From a virus (taxonomy: Duplodnaviria; Caudoviricetes): a stretch of 42,486 nucleotides of DNA. The stretch covers positions 1-42,486 of IMG/VR virus record IMGVR_UViG_3300043443_000233. The stretch is one strand, 5' to 3'. Positions 1 to 9,455 of the stretch are shown here, piece after piece. The notes under the pieces were generated by a model. It made no database searches, was not told the DNA's origin, and worked only from the letters and a program-made list of their open reading frames with translations. Position 1 is the first letter of the stretch. Each line of letters starts with the position of its first letter. Both the position numbers and the translations under genes were made by a program.

Positions 1-127
1 TGGCTGCAATCCCTGCCACGGTCGTCACGTTCGAGGCGATGTTCTCAACGGCAGCCACGTCGCCGGCGATACCGGCCACGGTGTCCACATCGGACGCGAT
101 GCCGGCCACGGTGTTGATGTTGGTGGC
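1..127. repeat. Terminal 127-bp direct repeat, identical to 42360-42486 (circular assembly overlap)
   Basis: TGGCTGCAATCCCTGCC...GATGTTGGTGGC at both ends. 127 is a common assembler k-mer size and the repeat lies inside an ORF. Confidence 0.95.
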
Positions 128-883
128 GTTGCCGCTGACCGCGTTGATGTTGGTCGCGTTGCTGTTGACCGCCGACACGGCCGAGCTGATCGCCGCCACA
201 CCAGAGACCGCAGAGCTGATGCCGGCGACCGTGGTCACGTTGGCCGCGACACCAGCCACAGTGGTCACATTCGAGCTCACGCCCGCCACGGTGTTCACGT
301 TGGTGATGTTGTTGCCCACCGTGTTCACGTTGGTAATTGAACCGGCCACCACTTCAATCTCAGAGGTCGCCTCGTTCAGATCGTCGGCCACGGTCTGGAT
401 GTCGGAGATCGCATCGGCAATCGTGTTCAGATCCGAGAGGTTGTCGGCCAGCAAGACGATGTCGGCGACCAGTGCATCGGCGTCGGCGGTGTTGGTCACC
501 GGCAACTTGGCCGCACGGTCGAGCTGCTCTTGGAGCTGCTGGTTGATCATCGACATGCGGTCGAAGACATCCTCGTGCGTCTCGGCAAAGAACTGGCCCT
601 GGTTGCGCAGGTCAGTCTCTTGCGTGAGCGGCAGCACCCGCTGGATCGTCAGGCTGTAGTCGCTCGAGAGCGCCGGCGAGATGGTGACCGTCCCGCCGCT
701 GTACGAACCCACACCCGTCACGGTGTAGTCGGTGTTGAGCGTTAAGACAGTCTCCACGCCATCCGCATCTGCCTTGGTAACCACCAGATCGGAGGCCGCA
801 AAGATGCGAAACGTGAAGGAAAAAACGGTCGTCGAGCCGTTTCCGGTGTAATCGACGCGGTTCGTGCTGGATGCGACAGTCAT
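1..883 (-). CDS. Tail fibre protein, N-terminal part (T7 gp17-like attachment domain), continuing across the join to 40882; about 786 aa in total
   Basis: ATG at 883 gives MTVASSTNRVDYTGNGSTTVFSFTFRIF. Position 109 equals 42468 and 883-109=774, so it is in frame with ORF 40882..42468. Missing from the ORF track. Confidence 0.88.
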   Translation of the reverse strand, partial: MTVASSTNRVDYTGNGSTTVFSFTFRIFAASDLVVTKADADGVETVLTLNTDYTVTGVGSYSGGTVTISPALSSDYSLTIQRVLPLTQETDLRNQGQFFAETHEDVFDRMSMINQQLQEQLDRAAKLPVTNTADADALVADIVLLADNLSDLNTIADAISDIQTVADDLNEATSEIEVVAGSITNVNTVGNNITNVNTVAGVSSNVTTVAGVAANVTTVAGISSAVSGVAAISSAVSAVNSNATNINAVSGNATNINTVAGIASDVDTVAGIAGDVAAVENIASNVTTVAGIAA

Positions 884-886
884 TTA

Positions 887-3800
887 TCAGTCCTCTTTAC
901 GCTTGCCGAGCAGTGCATAGGCAAGCAGCTCTGCGATATTGTCGGGGTTTTCTTCACCCTCACTTACACGCCACAGGTATTTTCCAGTGGCAGCCATTTG
1001 GGCCGTGCCGGCCACGCCGAACACATAGCCCATCGTCTCGCCGACCTTCACGGAGTATTCGCCCCACTCCATGTCGCCCTCGATCGCCTTGCCCGTCGCC
1101 GTGGCCGCCTTGCCGACCTTGTCGAACACGTTGGCCAGTGGCGAGAAACGATAGTCATAACCGCTGTCTATTGAGGAAACCACATCACGCAAGACAGGGA
1201 TGGCCATCATCGGGTAGAGCAACACCTTGCGGATCGTCCAGGCCGCCGGATCTTCGTCATCATCCGGGCCGCGTCCGAGGATCAATTCACCCAAGACAGC
1301 CGGCACCATGACCGTGAAGAACACCCGAGACAGGAATCGCGGCATATCGCGGATCTCCTGCACGTCGCGGCCCATGTCACGCATCCGATTGTAGAGAACC
1401 GAGAAATACGAATAGAACATGGTCACCGACTTGGCCAGCTCGTTGTTGCGCTGGATCGCCGCCAGGTCCTTGGCCCCGCCTGCGCCTTGGGTCATGCGCA
1501 CCGCGGCGTCGGCTTCCAAGAGTGCAGTTTCCTCACTGGCCCCCTCGTCGAGCGCCTGGCGGTATGCACCCATCCAGGTCGGCACCGTGACCATGGTGTC
1601 CATGATGGCGATGCCGTGGAAGGCAAAGCGCTGCACCTGCGCGTAGCCGCTGGTCTGGCCAGTGAGGTTGCGCAGTTGGTCGCGGATGTCGCGGTCCAGC
1701 GTGTTGGAGCGGTTGCGCATCTCGCCCGAGAGCTCGCGCACCTGGTTTGTGAGCGCGATCGGGTGGCGCAGGTACTCAAGCACGGCCTGGCTGAGATACC
1801 GGCCCTTGACCTTGTCCAGCGACTGCGAGATGCCGGTGATCTGCGCGATCATGGTGGTGGCCTTGAAGCCCATGGTGGCCGCCACGACGTTGGCGCGTGC
1901 GGTCATCATCCAGCGCGAGAAGTCCGACAGACCCTGCGCAGAGCCGCCGTTGCGGTCGTTCACCACCGAGCGCAGCCACGGCAGCATCTGCTTCTCGTAG
2001 GCCGGGCCCATGGTTTCCTGGAGCACGTTGCGGATCTCGCGGTTGGTCAGGATCTTGTTGGCTTGCACCACGGCCTCGCGGTGCGTCAGATCCTTGACCA
2101 CCTTGGCCATGTGCTGGGAGATGACCTGCTCGAAGTCCAGCAGCATCGGGGCGGCAAAGCCCTCGGTACGCGCCTGGGTGTGACCCTTGGGCGTGGTGGC
2201 CCGGACATAGCCCTCCTCGAACAGTTGGCCCAGGTTGCCGGCCTCCTGCTTGGCGCCCTGCTCGGACAGGCGTGGATCGTAGACCAGCGGGTAGTAGCCA
2301 CCGGCCAGCGTGCGGGTGACGTTGCCCTGCTCGTCGCGCACCTGGTAGGGCTGGGCCTCCACCTTGGGTGGCTCGAGGCCCGTCATGCGCTTTTCGAGCT
2401 CGGCGATCTCTGGCCAGACCGAGTTGATCGTGTCCCAGGTTTCCTGCACGAATGACCAGTCGGCGTCGTCCAGCTTGGCCAGGCCGCGCTCGATGGTCGC
2501 GATGTCCCAACCCATGCCGCGCATCATCTTGTCGATGTTGCCCTGGTTGCCCATGTTGAGCGCGATCGAGATCAGGTACTTGCGGGTGACCTTGCCCATG
2601 CCGGGGATCTCGAAGGTGTCCAGCATGGACAGCCGGCGCTCCTTGGGCATGTCCTCGAGCGACTTGGCCAAGCGCTCGGTGAGCTTGCGGGTCAGGTCGT
2701 ACTCGCGGGTCTGGGCCTCGGCGATCGGGTTCCAGATGTAGGTGTGCCACGGGCCATTGACGTTGCCGCCGTCGAGCCACTCGACCACCTGCTCCATTTT
2801 CAGCAGCATGGCGTCCAGGCGCGAGACGGTGTCGCCGGCGCGCTCGCGCATCGTCATGGCCGACATGTCCAGCGGCAGCGGGGTGCGCGTGCCAGCCACC
2901 TCGGCAGAGGCCACCAGCTCGCCGATCGCGTCGTTGAACTCGATCTCGGCCTGCTTGGTCTTGAGCTTGTTCTTCAGGCGGGCCAGGTGCTCGATGTTGC
3001 GCACCGCGTCGTAGATGGCGCGCAGCTCGTCGAGCGGCACCTGGCGGTAGTTGACCAGGCGCGACTCGTTGAGCAGCACTGCGCTGATCGAGGGCTCCAA
3101 GCCCTGCGCTTCTTGCTCGGCGATCCAGTCGGCCAGGCTTGCGCGGCGGTCGATCTTGGACAGCGCCACCCGGCGGAACTCGTAGCGGTCCAGGATGGCG
3201 TCGATCTGCTCGAGGTAGTTGGCCCCGGCCTTGCCCATTTGCTCGCGGGTCGAGCCCTTCTCGAATTTCTGGGCGTACTTGAGGATCTTGTCCGCTTCCT
3301 CTTTGGCCTTGCGCGACTCAAGGTAGAGGTGGTGATTGAGCAGCTCTTTTTGCTTGGCGTCAGCGGCCAGCATGTAGTCGCCCTTGCTCATGGCCTCGAA
3401 GGCCTGGCGCGCTGCCTTGCGTGAGGCCAGCAGGTACTTGTTGGCGTCCAGGTCGCGCACGGCGGTCTGGCCAACGATGCCGCGAGCGGCACGGCGGAAC
3501 GATTCAGCAGGCGGCACCTCGGTGGCTGCGCGGGCGTTGCGGCGGTCCTGGCGTGCCTTGTCGCGCTCGGCCTGCACGAACGGGGCGACCTCGCGCTGCT
3601 TGCGACGCAGGGCCCGCAGCTCGGCCATGAGCACGTTCTCGCGCTGGCCATTGTGCAGGGCGATCTTGGCCTCGTCGGCGATCGTGCCGTCGGTCATGAG
3701 GTCGCCGTAGGTGTCGCGCATGCGTTGGTCGGTTTCGGCCTCGATCAGCTCCTTGCGATCGCGCATGCCCACCAGCGCCTCGATCAGGGCGTCGCCGCTG

Positions 3801-6800
3801 TTGTAGCCCAGGAACTCGGCAGCGGTGTCGGCATCCATGCCGCCGGTGGCCGAGTAGATCCGGGCAAAGCCACGCGGCAGGCGCTTGACGTAGTCGGCGC
3901 CGTACTTGTCGACCAGGCTTTGCTTGTTGAGCTTGATCTCGGTGTCGTCGTCCATCTTGCCGGCGACCAGCGCCTTGAAGGCCTGGTACACGGGTTGGCC
4001 GTCGACCTCGAGGGTGACCTCCTCGCGCATCTTGTCGCGGGATTCTTTCCACCACTCCTTGCGCTCGCGCATGAGCTGGCGCATGAGCTTGGCGGTCAGC
4101 GCTTCCTTGCCCGACTCGGTGGCCTGCGCCACGCTGGCGCGGTAGAGCTCGAACTCCTGGGCCGACATGCCAGCGGCCGCGGCGTCCAGGAACAGCGCCT
4201 CGACGTTGACCTGGTCCTTGGCGGCCTGGATCTCGACCTCGGTTGCATAGATGCGATCGAACACCTCGCGCACCTCGTTGTTCAACTTCACGTTGAGCGA
4301 GGTGATCTGCTTGTAGAGCAGGGTCATCCAGGACTTGAAGCGCTGGAAGATGTCCTGGAGCTCAGGCGTTGGGGCGTTGCCCTCCATGAGGTAGGTCTCA
4401 TTGGCACGGGCAAATTTCTCGTGGGCCTCGACTGCGCGGTTGTATTCCGCGCTGCCTTTTGTCTTGCCGTCGAGCGTGAGCTGGTCGCGGGACTCTAGGC
4501 CCAGGAAGGCCAGCACCTTGGCGTAGTCGTTCTTGATCTGCTCGGGCGCGCCCTCTGCGGTGGCCAGGTCGCCCAGCACCTCGAGGTAGAAGTGGCCAGC
4601 CTCGTGCAGGAAGGTCGACAGGTTGGCCTTCTCCAGCAGCACGATGTTGAACTTGCGGTTCTGGCCAAACTGGATGAGGCCGCGTTTGTCGTCGAGCTCG
4701 TTGCCTTGGTTGAGCTGCTGCGGGTATTCGCCAACTTGCACATCCATCGAGCCGCCTGGGCGGCCAATGCTCATGCGATAGTCGACGCGTCCATTAGGAA
4801 ACTCGTCGTCGATTTGCAGCAGCGCAGGATCAACACGGATGGCCACGGCGGTGTCGCCATAGCCGGTGTCGGTTTCGCGTCGCGTTGTGACATACACATC
4901 AGGCTCGCCAGCAGATTTGAGCTGGCCGGTGGCTGCGATCTGCTCCGCTTTCTCGGCGCTGGTGTGGTGGTACACGGTGACAGTGCCGTCGGGGTTCAGT
5001 GGCAGGCCGGTGGCCTCGTCGATCTGCTCGCCCTGGAACAGCGTCTGCATCTGGCCGCCATCGTCCAGCGCGGATGCCATCGGCGCACGGATGTCCAGGC
5101 CGCCAAACATCACCACGGTGCGCTCGGCTGGAACGTCTGCCGTCTGCGACGGTGGCGTGGCTTGGCGTTCGGCGTCCGTCATTTGCTGGCGCGCCTGGGT
5201 GTTGCGGGCCTCGATCTCGCCGGCGAGCGCCTCGTAGATTTGGAACGGGGTCGAGTAGCGGTGAGCCTTGCGAACATCGGCCGCACGTCGCACCGTACCT
5301 TCCAGGTCGCGCATCGGGGCCAATTCCTTGCGCTTCTTGTCCGACTCTCGGCGCAGGGCATTGATCATGCCCTTCATCGTGCGCGGGTCGTTTTTGAACT
5401 GGTCGCGCAGATCGGCCGGGATCTTTTCGAGCAGCACTTGCGCTGCACGGAAGGACATGTCGCCGATGTACTGGTTGCGCTTGTTGCCCGAGCGCGGGAT
5501 GCCGTAGAAATCGCGTTGCAGCTCGCGTGCCTCGTCGTTCTCGCGGAAGTCCTCGGCGTAGATCCATTGCATCTCGTTGCGGATCAGGCGGAACACGCCC
5601 GATGGCTTGTCGCGGTTGGCATAGTCGATCAGGCGCTGGGCCGACTCGTACATCAAGCCAAAGCGCGCAACCTCGGACGCCTTCTCGGCATCGTCGAGCT
5701 TTTCTTTGTTAAGGCCTTTCCAGTAGTCCAGGGCCTGGCGCGCCTCGGACTCCATTCTGTCGAGCGCGTTGCGCACCCGGCCAGTGAACTCCGAGTCGGT
5801 GTTGCCACCCTTGGCAAAGCCCTCGCGCTCTTGGATGGCGTGCTGGATCTCGTGCAGCAGGGTCGACAGCATCTGCTCGCTGTTGCCCGTCATCGCCATG
5901 CTGATGCGGTCACCTCTTGGTGAGTACATGCCGCGATACTGCGTGGTGTCCGCCGTGAACGTCACCAGCAGGTCTGCCAGGTCGGGATAGGCGGCGTACA
6001 GTTTTGGATGGTCGAGCACATCGGACAGGAAATGCTCCTCGCCATCCTTGACCTTGGTGATGTCAAACGCGCCGGTGCTGCGTCGCTTGGCCAGGTGCAC
6101 CGCAAGGTTCTTGAGCGCGTCCTCGTCAGTGTGGCCAAAGGCTTTCAGTTGCTCGCTGGTACCCTCTTTGTAGGTGGCGGTGCGGAGCTGGCGGTAGTCT
6201 GATCGCTTCTTGATGGAATCAGGAACAGCCGAATCATCATCCATGCCAAGCGTGGCGTTCTCTCGGACGTCGTCGGCAATGTCTTCTGGTTTGACCACGC
6301 CGCTGACGAACTTCGCCTCGTCGTCGGCGATCTCAAAGCGCCACATGCCATCGACGCCCAGGAACCAGCCGGTGCGGCGACGCACGGCCTCGGGGCTGCG
6401 GCCTTGCTTGATCTGGTCCTGCGCCTCGACCAGCGAGTACATATCGGCGGTCTTGGCGCGCTGGCCAGCAAACTGGAACAGGATGTTGCCGGTGTCGGCG
6501 CTGAAATCGCCGCTGTTACCGGTGGCGGATTTGATCTGGTTGGGATCAAAGGCGACGATCTCGTAGCCCCCGTCGTAGATCACGCCGTCGTAGCCGGCGG
6601 CCTTTATGTTCTCGGTGAACTTGCGAGCCACCTCGGGGTTAGCCTCGACCGCGAGCGAAAACGCGGACTGGAAGGCGTAGGCCGATGTGCTGCGGTCGAA
6701 AGCGTCGAGGCCGGCTTCTGCCGGCATGGCCGCGTTGATGGCAGCGATAACCGATGCTGGCAACGAATCGTTTTCGTACGTCTCGCCGGTAATGTTCAGC

Positions 6801-9454
6801 GGGTTTTGCAGCGACAGGTAGACCGGCATGACATTGCTGCCCTCGCCGATTCGACTGCGCCCCCCAGAATACCCGGAGGCCATGAAGTCGTTGCTGGTGA
6901 AGTAGAAACCGGCGCCCAGGAAGCCAGTGTTGCCCATGCCACTACCGATGCGGGAGATGTCGAACGTGTCGAAATCGCCCTTCGTTCCGTGGTACACGAC
7001 CAGCGGACGGCCCTGATCATCGACGACCTTGCTGTCGCCAAACCAGCGCCAGAAATTAACCACGCCCTCTTGGGTCGGGTGAATCTGTCTGCCTTCGCTG
7101 TTGGTCGTCGGGCGCATCACGCCGTCGACCTCGATCTGTTCTGGCAGCGTGCGGATCTCGCCAGCCAGTGCGCGCTGCACGAGCTGGTCGAACTGCCCGA
7201 TCACGCCCTGGAGCTCGGGTGTATTGCGCGCCTGCTCAATCAGAGCTCGCACCTGGCGGTTGTCCAGTGCGGCCAAGTCGATGTTCAGGCTGTCTAAGTA
7301 TTCCGACAGGCTGTTCATGGCCTCGCGCATGGCCAGCGCGTTGTTGTCGGTCACGTTGATCGAGAACACGCCAGAGCCGCGCAGGTCATCGTCCAAGGCG
7401 TTCAGGAAGTCGGCCTCGGTCAGCTCGCCGGCGGTCATGCCAGGGAAGTAGCCCGCCTGCACCGCTGCCTCGAGCGCCTTGTCCAGCGACATGCCGTCCT
7501 TTTGCGTGAGCTTCTTCTGGAACGGCCGGCGCTCCATGTTCTCGTCCGCGGTCAGGATCTCGCCCGATGGCACCAAGCCACCGGAGTCGCGCACGAACTC
7601 GGCCAGCGAGCGGCCAAAGATCTGCTGGTCTGTTGGGAAAGACCCAGCGCGTAGCGCATCCAGCAACGGGTCGATCGTGATGTCGGACGTCGGGCTGGTG
7701 GTCAGCACCCCCGGCATGGGGCGGCTGACGGTCAGGCCGTAGTTGGACCAGAGCTTGCGCGCTGCGTCCACGATCTCGGCGTCGGTCACCTCGCGGCCCT
7801 CGGCCGCTGCACGGCCACGCAGATCGCGCTCGGCCAAGATGGCCATGCCACGCATGACCGTGGCCGAGGATTGAGCGGTCTGGGCGTCATAGCCTGCACC
7901 GCGCAGTTGGCCCTCGATGTCGGTGACGATCTCCTGGATCGCCTGGTTGATGCCGCCCTGGCGGGTCTGCTCGTCCACCAGCGCCTGCATGCTGGCCTCG
8001 AGCTCGGACTCGCGGGCATCCATCTCGGCCATCCATGCCTGGCGCTCGCGAGGTGTCTGGGCACCCTGGTCGAATTTCAGGTCGGGGATCAGGCCTTGCA
8101 GGTAGTCGGTCGGCGCCACGTTGGCCGCGAACTTGTCGATCGGGATCACCACATCGGAGCCCACGGCCAGCGCTTCGCGGTAGTTGGTCGCGCCGATCTC
8201 GTCGGCGATCTGCTCGGGGTCGATGCCCTGCGACTGGAAGAATGTCTGGAACTGCTCGATCGGGATGTAGGCGTTTTGCACCGGGCCGTTCTCGGTCACC
8301 GATGCGACAAACTCCTGGTATTTCTCGGGCAGTCGCTCGCGCAGCTTGCTGTCACCTGACAGCGCCACGATGACTTCCTCTTGCTGCTTGGCCTGGCGGT
8401 AGCCGCGCACGCCCAGCGCTGCACGCACGATGGCCGCAGACAGAGCGGCAGCGGTGCCCTCCTTGAGCGCGCCCTCGAGGATCGGGGCGTTCTCGTCGGT
8501 CAGCACCTTGCGGGTCAGATCGTGCAGCAAGCCCTCGGCGATCTCTTGGCCAGCCTCGATGCCACCGGCCGCCACCTTGTCGGCAATGAATCGCAGTGCG
8601 CGGTTCTTGATCTCGGGCGGCACGCGGTTGAGGATTTTGTCCAGGCCGTACTTTTCGGTGATGGCCGTGATGGCGCCGCCGGCCACGATCGCGGTGTCGC
8701 GCATGGCTGGGTCGGCTTCGTCCTTGGCCGTCTTGGTGGCCATGACGTCGGCACCCTGCGAGTACATCGACGCAGCGCTCAGTGTGCCTCCGGTGGTCAG
8801 GTAGCTGGCGATCTGGAAGCCGATCTGGCCGATGCCGCTGGCCACATCGGTGTCCAGGCCTTGGCGCTCTTTGGGTGGCGCGACGTATTCGCCGGCTTGC
8901 TTGAGGGTTTGGCCTGGGCGCTTGAGCACCTGCTCGGGGTCCAGGAACCACGGCACAGGCGTGCGCAGTGTGCTCATAACCGAGTTGGGCAGGACCTTGT
9001 CCAGCAGTGCCTCCAGCGAGCGGCTGGCCACGCCGTAGAGCTCACCAGCACCAGACAGGGTCGAACCCGCGCCCTTGCCCACCACGCCCTCGAGCGCGGA
9101 TCGGGTGTAGTCGACGGGCTTAAGCAGGATCTGCTCGAGGGTGGACAGGCTTTGCACGTCGTCCTGGGCCACCGCGGCGTTGTCCGGGTTGGCCAAGAAC
9201 TTGGCCGTCTTGGGGTTGCTGCGCACCAGGTCATCGACCGACAGCGCCTCGAGCTTCTGGCGCTTTTCCAGCTCGGGCCGGAAGTCCTTGGCCAGATCGG
9301 GCGCAATGCCGGTCTTGGCCGAGAGCTTGAGCAGCTTCGCGTATTCGTCCGGGTTCTTGTCCAGGCCAACAGTCAGCGACTGGTTGACGGCCTGGCTTTG
9401 GCCAGCCAGCTCGGATTCTTGTTGCGCGAATAGCTCGAGGTCTTTGAGTCCCAT
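887..9454 (-). CDS. Giant internal virion/DNA-ejection polyvalent protein (2855 aa): LPD22-like N-terminus, ART-PolyVal-like domain, LPD23-like zincin, second ART-like domain, HExxH metallopeptidase-like domain, helical C-terminus
   Basis: Occupies the T7 gp16-like slot before the tail fibre. Motifs VYHGT..GFYFT..GYDGVI..EIVAF, WFLGVDGMWRFEI, LLHEIQHAIQ..LAGEIEAR, VYHHT..VYVTT and FLHEAGHFYL. Confidence 0.85.
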   Translation of the reverse strand: MGLKDLELFAQQESELAGQSQAVNQSLTVGLDKNPDEYAKLLKLSAKTGIAPDLAKDFRPELEKRQKLEALSVDDLVRSNPKTAKFLANPDNAAVAQDDVQSLSTLEQILLKPVDYTRSALEGVVGKGAGSTLSGAGELYGVASRSLEALLDKVLPNSVMSTLRTPVPWFLDPEQVLKRPGQTLKQAGEYVAPPKERQGLDTDVASGIGQIGFQIASYLTTGGTLSAASMYSQGADVMATKTAKDEADPAMRDTAIVAGGAITAITEKYGLDKILNRVPPEIKNRALRFIADKVAAGGIEAGQEIAEGLLHDLTRKVLTDENAPILEGALKEGTAAALSAAIVRAALGVRGYRQAKQQEEVIVALSGDSKLRERLPEKYQEFVASVTENGPVQNAYIPIEQFQTFFQSQGIDPEQIADEIGATNYREALAVGSDVVIPIDKFAANVAPTDYLQGLIPDLKFDQGAQTPRERQAWMAEMDARESELEASMQALVDEQTRQGGINQAIQEIVTDIEGQLRGAGYDAQTAQSSATVMRGMAILAERDLRGRAAAEGREVTDAEIVDAARKLWSNYGLTVSRPMPGVLTTSPTSDITIDPLLDALRAGSFPTDQQIFGRSLAEFVRDSGGLVPSGEILTADENMERRPFQKKLTQKDGMSLDKALEAAVQAGYFPGMTAGELTEADFLNALDDDLRGSGVFSINVTDNNALAMREAMNSLSEYLDSLNIDLAALDNRQVRALIEQARNTPELQGVIGQFDQLVQRALAGEIRTLPEQIEVDGVMRPTTNSEGRQIHPTQEGVVNFWRWFGDSKVVDDQGRPLVVYHGTKGDFDTFDISRIGSGMGNTGFLGAGFYFTSNDFMASGYSGGRSRIGEGSNVMPVYLSLQNPLNITGETYENDSLPASVIAAINAAMPAEAGLDAFDRSTSAYAFQSAFSLAVEANPEVARKFTENIKAAGYDGVIYDGGYEIVAFDPNQIKSATGNSGDFSADTGNILFQFAGQRAKTADMYSLVEAQDQIKQGRSPEAVRRRTGWFLGVDGMWRFEIADDEAKFVSGVVKPEDIADDVRENATLGMDDDSAVPDSIKKRSDYRQLRTATYKEGTSEQLKAFGHTDEDALKNLAVHLAKRRSTGAFDITKVKDGEEHFLSDVLDHPKLYAAYPDLADLLVTFTADTTQYRGMYSPRGDRISMAMTGNSEQMLSTLLHEIQHAIQEREGFAKGGNTDSEFTGRVRNALDRMESEARQALDYWKGLNKEKLDDAEKASEVARFGLMYESAQRLIDYANRDKPSGVFRLIRNEMQWIYAEDFRENDEARELQRDFYGIPRSGNKRNQYIGDMSFRAAQVLLEKIPADLRDQFKNDPRTMKGMINALRRESDKKRKELAPMRDLEGTVRRAADVRKAHRYSTPFQIYEALAGEIEARNTQARQQMTDAERQATPPSQTADVPAERTVVMFGGLDIRAPMASALDDGGQMQTLFQGEQIDEATGLPLNPDGTVTVYHHTSAEKAEQIAATGQLKSAGEPDVYVTTRRETDTGYGDTAVAIRVDPALLQIDDEFPNGRVDYRMSIGRPGGSMDVQVGEYPQQLNQGNELDDKRGLIQFGQNRKFNIVLLEKANLSTFLHEAGHFYLEVLGDLATAEGAPEQIKNDYAKVLAFLGLESRDQLTLDGKTKGSAEYNRAVEAHEKFARANETYLMEGNAPTPELQDIFQRFKSWMTLLYKQITSLNVKLNNEVREVFDRIYATEVEIQAAKDQVNVEALFLDAAAAGMSAQEFELYRASVAQATESGKEALTAKLMRQLMRERKEWWKESRDKMREEVTLEVDGQPVYQAFKALVAGKMDDDTEIKLNKQSLVDKYGADYVKRLPRGFARIYSATGGMDADTAAEFLGYNSGDALIEALVGMRDRKELIEAETDQRMRDTYGDLMTDGTIADEAKIALHNGQRENVLMAELRALRRKQREVAPFVQAERDKARQDRRNARAATEVPPAESFRRAARGIVGQTAVRDLDANKYLLASRKAARQAFEAMSKGDYMLAADAKQKELLNHHLYLESRKAKEEADKILKYAQKFEKGSTREQMGKAGANYLEQIDAILDRYEFRRVALSKIDRRASLADWIAEQEAQGLEPSISAVLLNESRLVNYRQVPLDELRAIYDAVRNIEHLARLKNKLKTKQAEIEFNDAIGELVASAEVAGTRTPLPLDMSAMTMRERAGDTVSRLDAMLLKMEQVVEWLDGGNVNGPWHTYIWNPIAEAQTREYDLTRKLTERLAKSLEDMPKERRLSMLDTFEIPGMGKVTRKYLISIALNMGNQGNIDKMMRGMGWDIATIERGLAKLDDADWSFVQETWDTINSVWPEIAELEKRMTGLEPPKVEAQPYQVRDEQGNVTRTLAGGYYPLVYDPRLSEQGAKQEAGNLGQLFEEGYVRATTPKGHTQARTEGFAAPMLLDFEQVISQHMAKVVKDLTHREAVVQANKILTNREIRNVLQETMGPAYEKQMLPWLRSVVNDRNGGSAQGLSDFSRWMMTARANVVAATMGFKATTMIAQITGISQSLDKVKGRYLSQAVLEYLRHPIALTNQVRELSGEMRNRSNTLDRDIRDQLRNLTGQTSGYAQVQRFAFHGIAIMDTMVTVPTWMGAYRQALDEGASEETALLEADAAVRMTQGAGGAKDLAAIQRNNELAKSVTMFYSYFSVLYNRMRDMGRDVQEIRDMPRFLSRVFFTVMVPAVLGELILGRGPDDDEDPAAWTIRKVLLYPMMAIPVLRDVVSSIDSGYDYRFSPLANVFDKVGKAATATGKAIEGDMEWGEYSVKVGETMGYVFGVAGTAQMAATGKYLWRVSEGEENPDNIAELLAYALLGKRKED

Positions 9455-9455
9455 G

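Noticed and set aside
1-127. Terminal repeat as a biological direct terminal repeat
   Set aside because: It is exactly 127 bp and lies mid-ORF, which fits an assembler k-mer overlap.
39-659. 206-aa plus-strand ORF and the many other long opposite-strand ORFs
   Set aside because: These are antisense shadows of GC-rich real genes, with no recognisable motifs.
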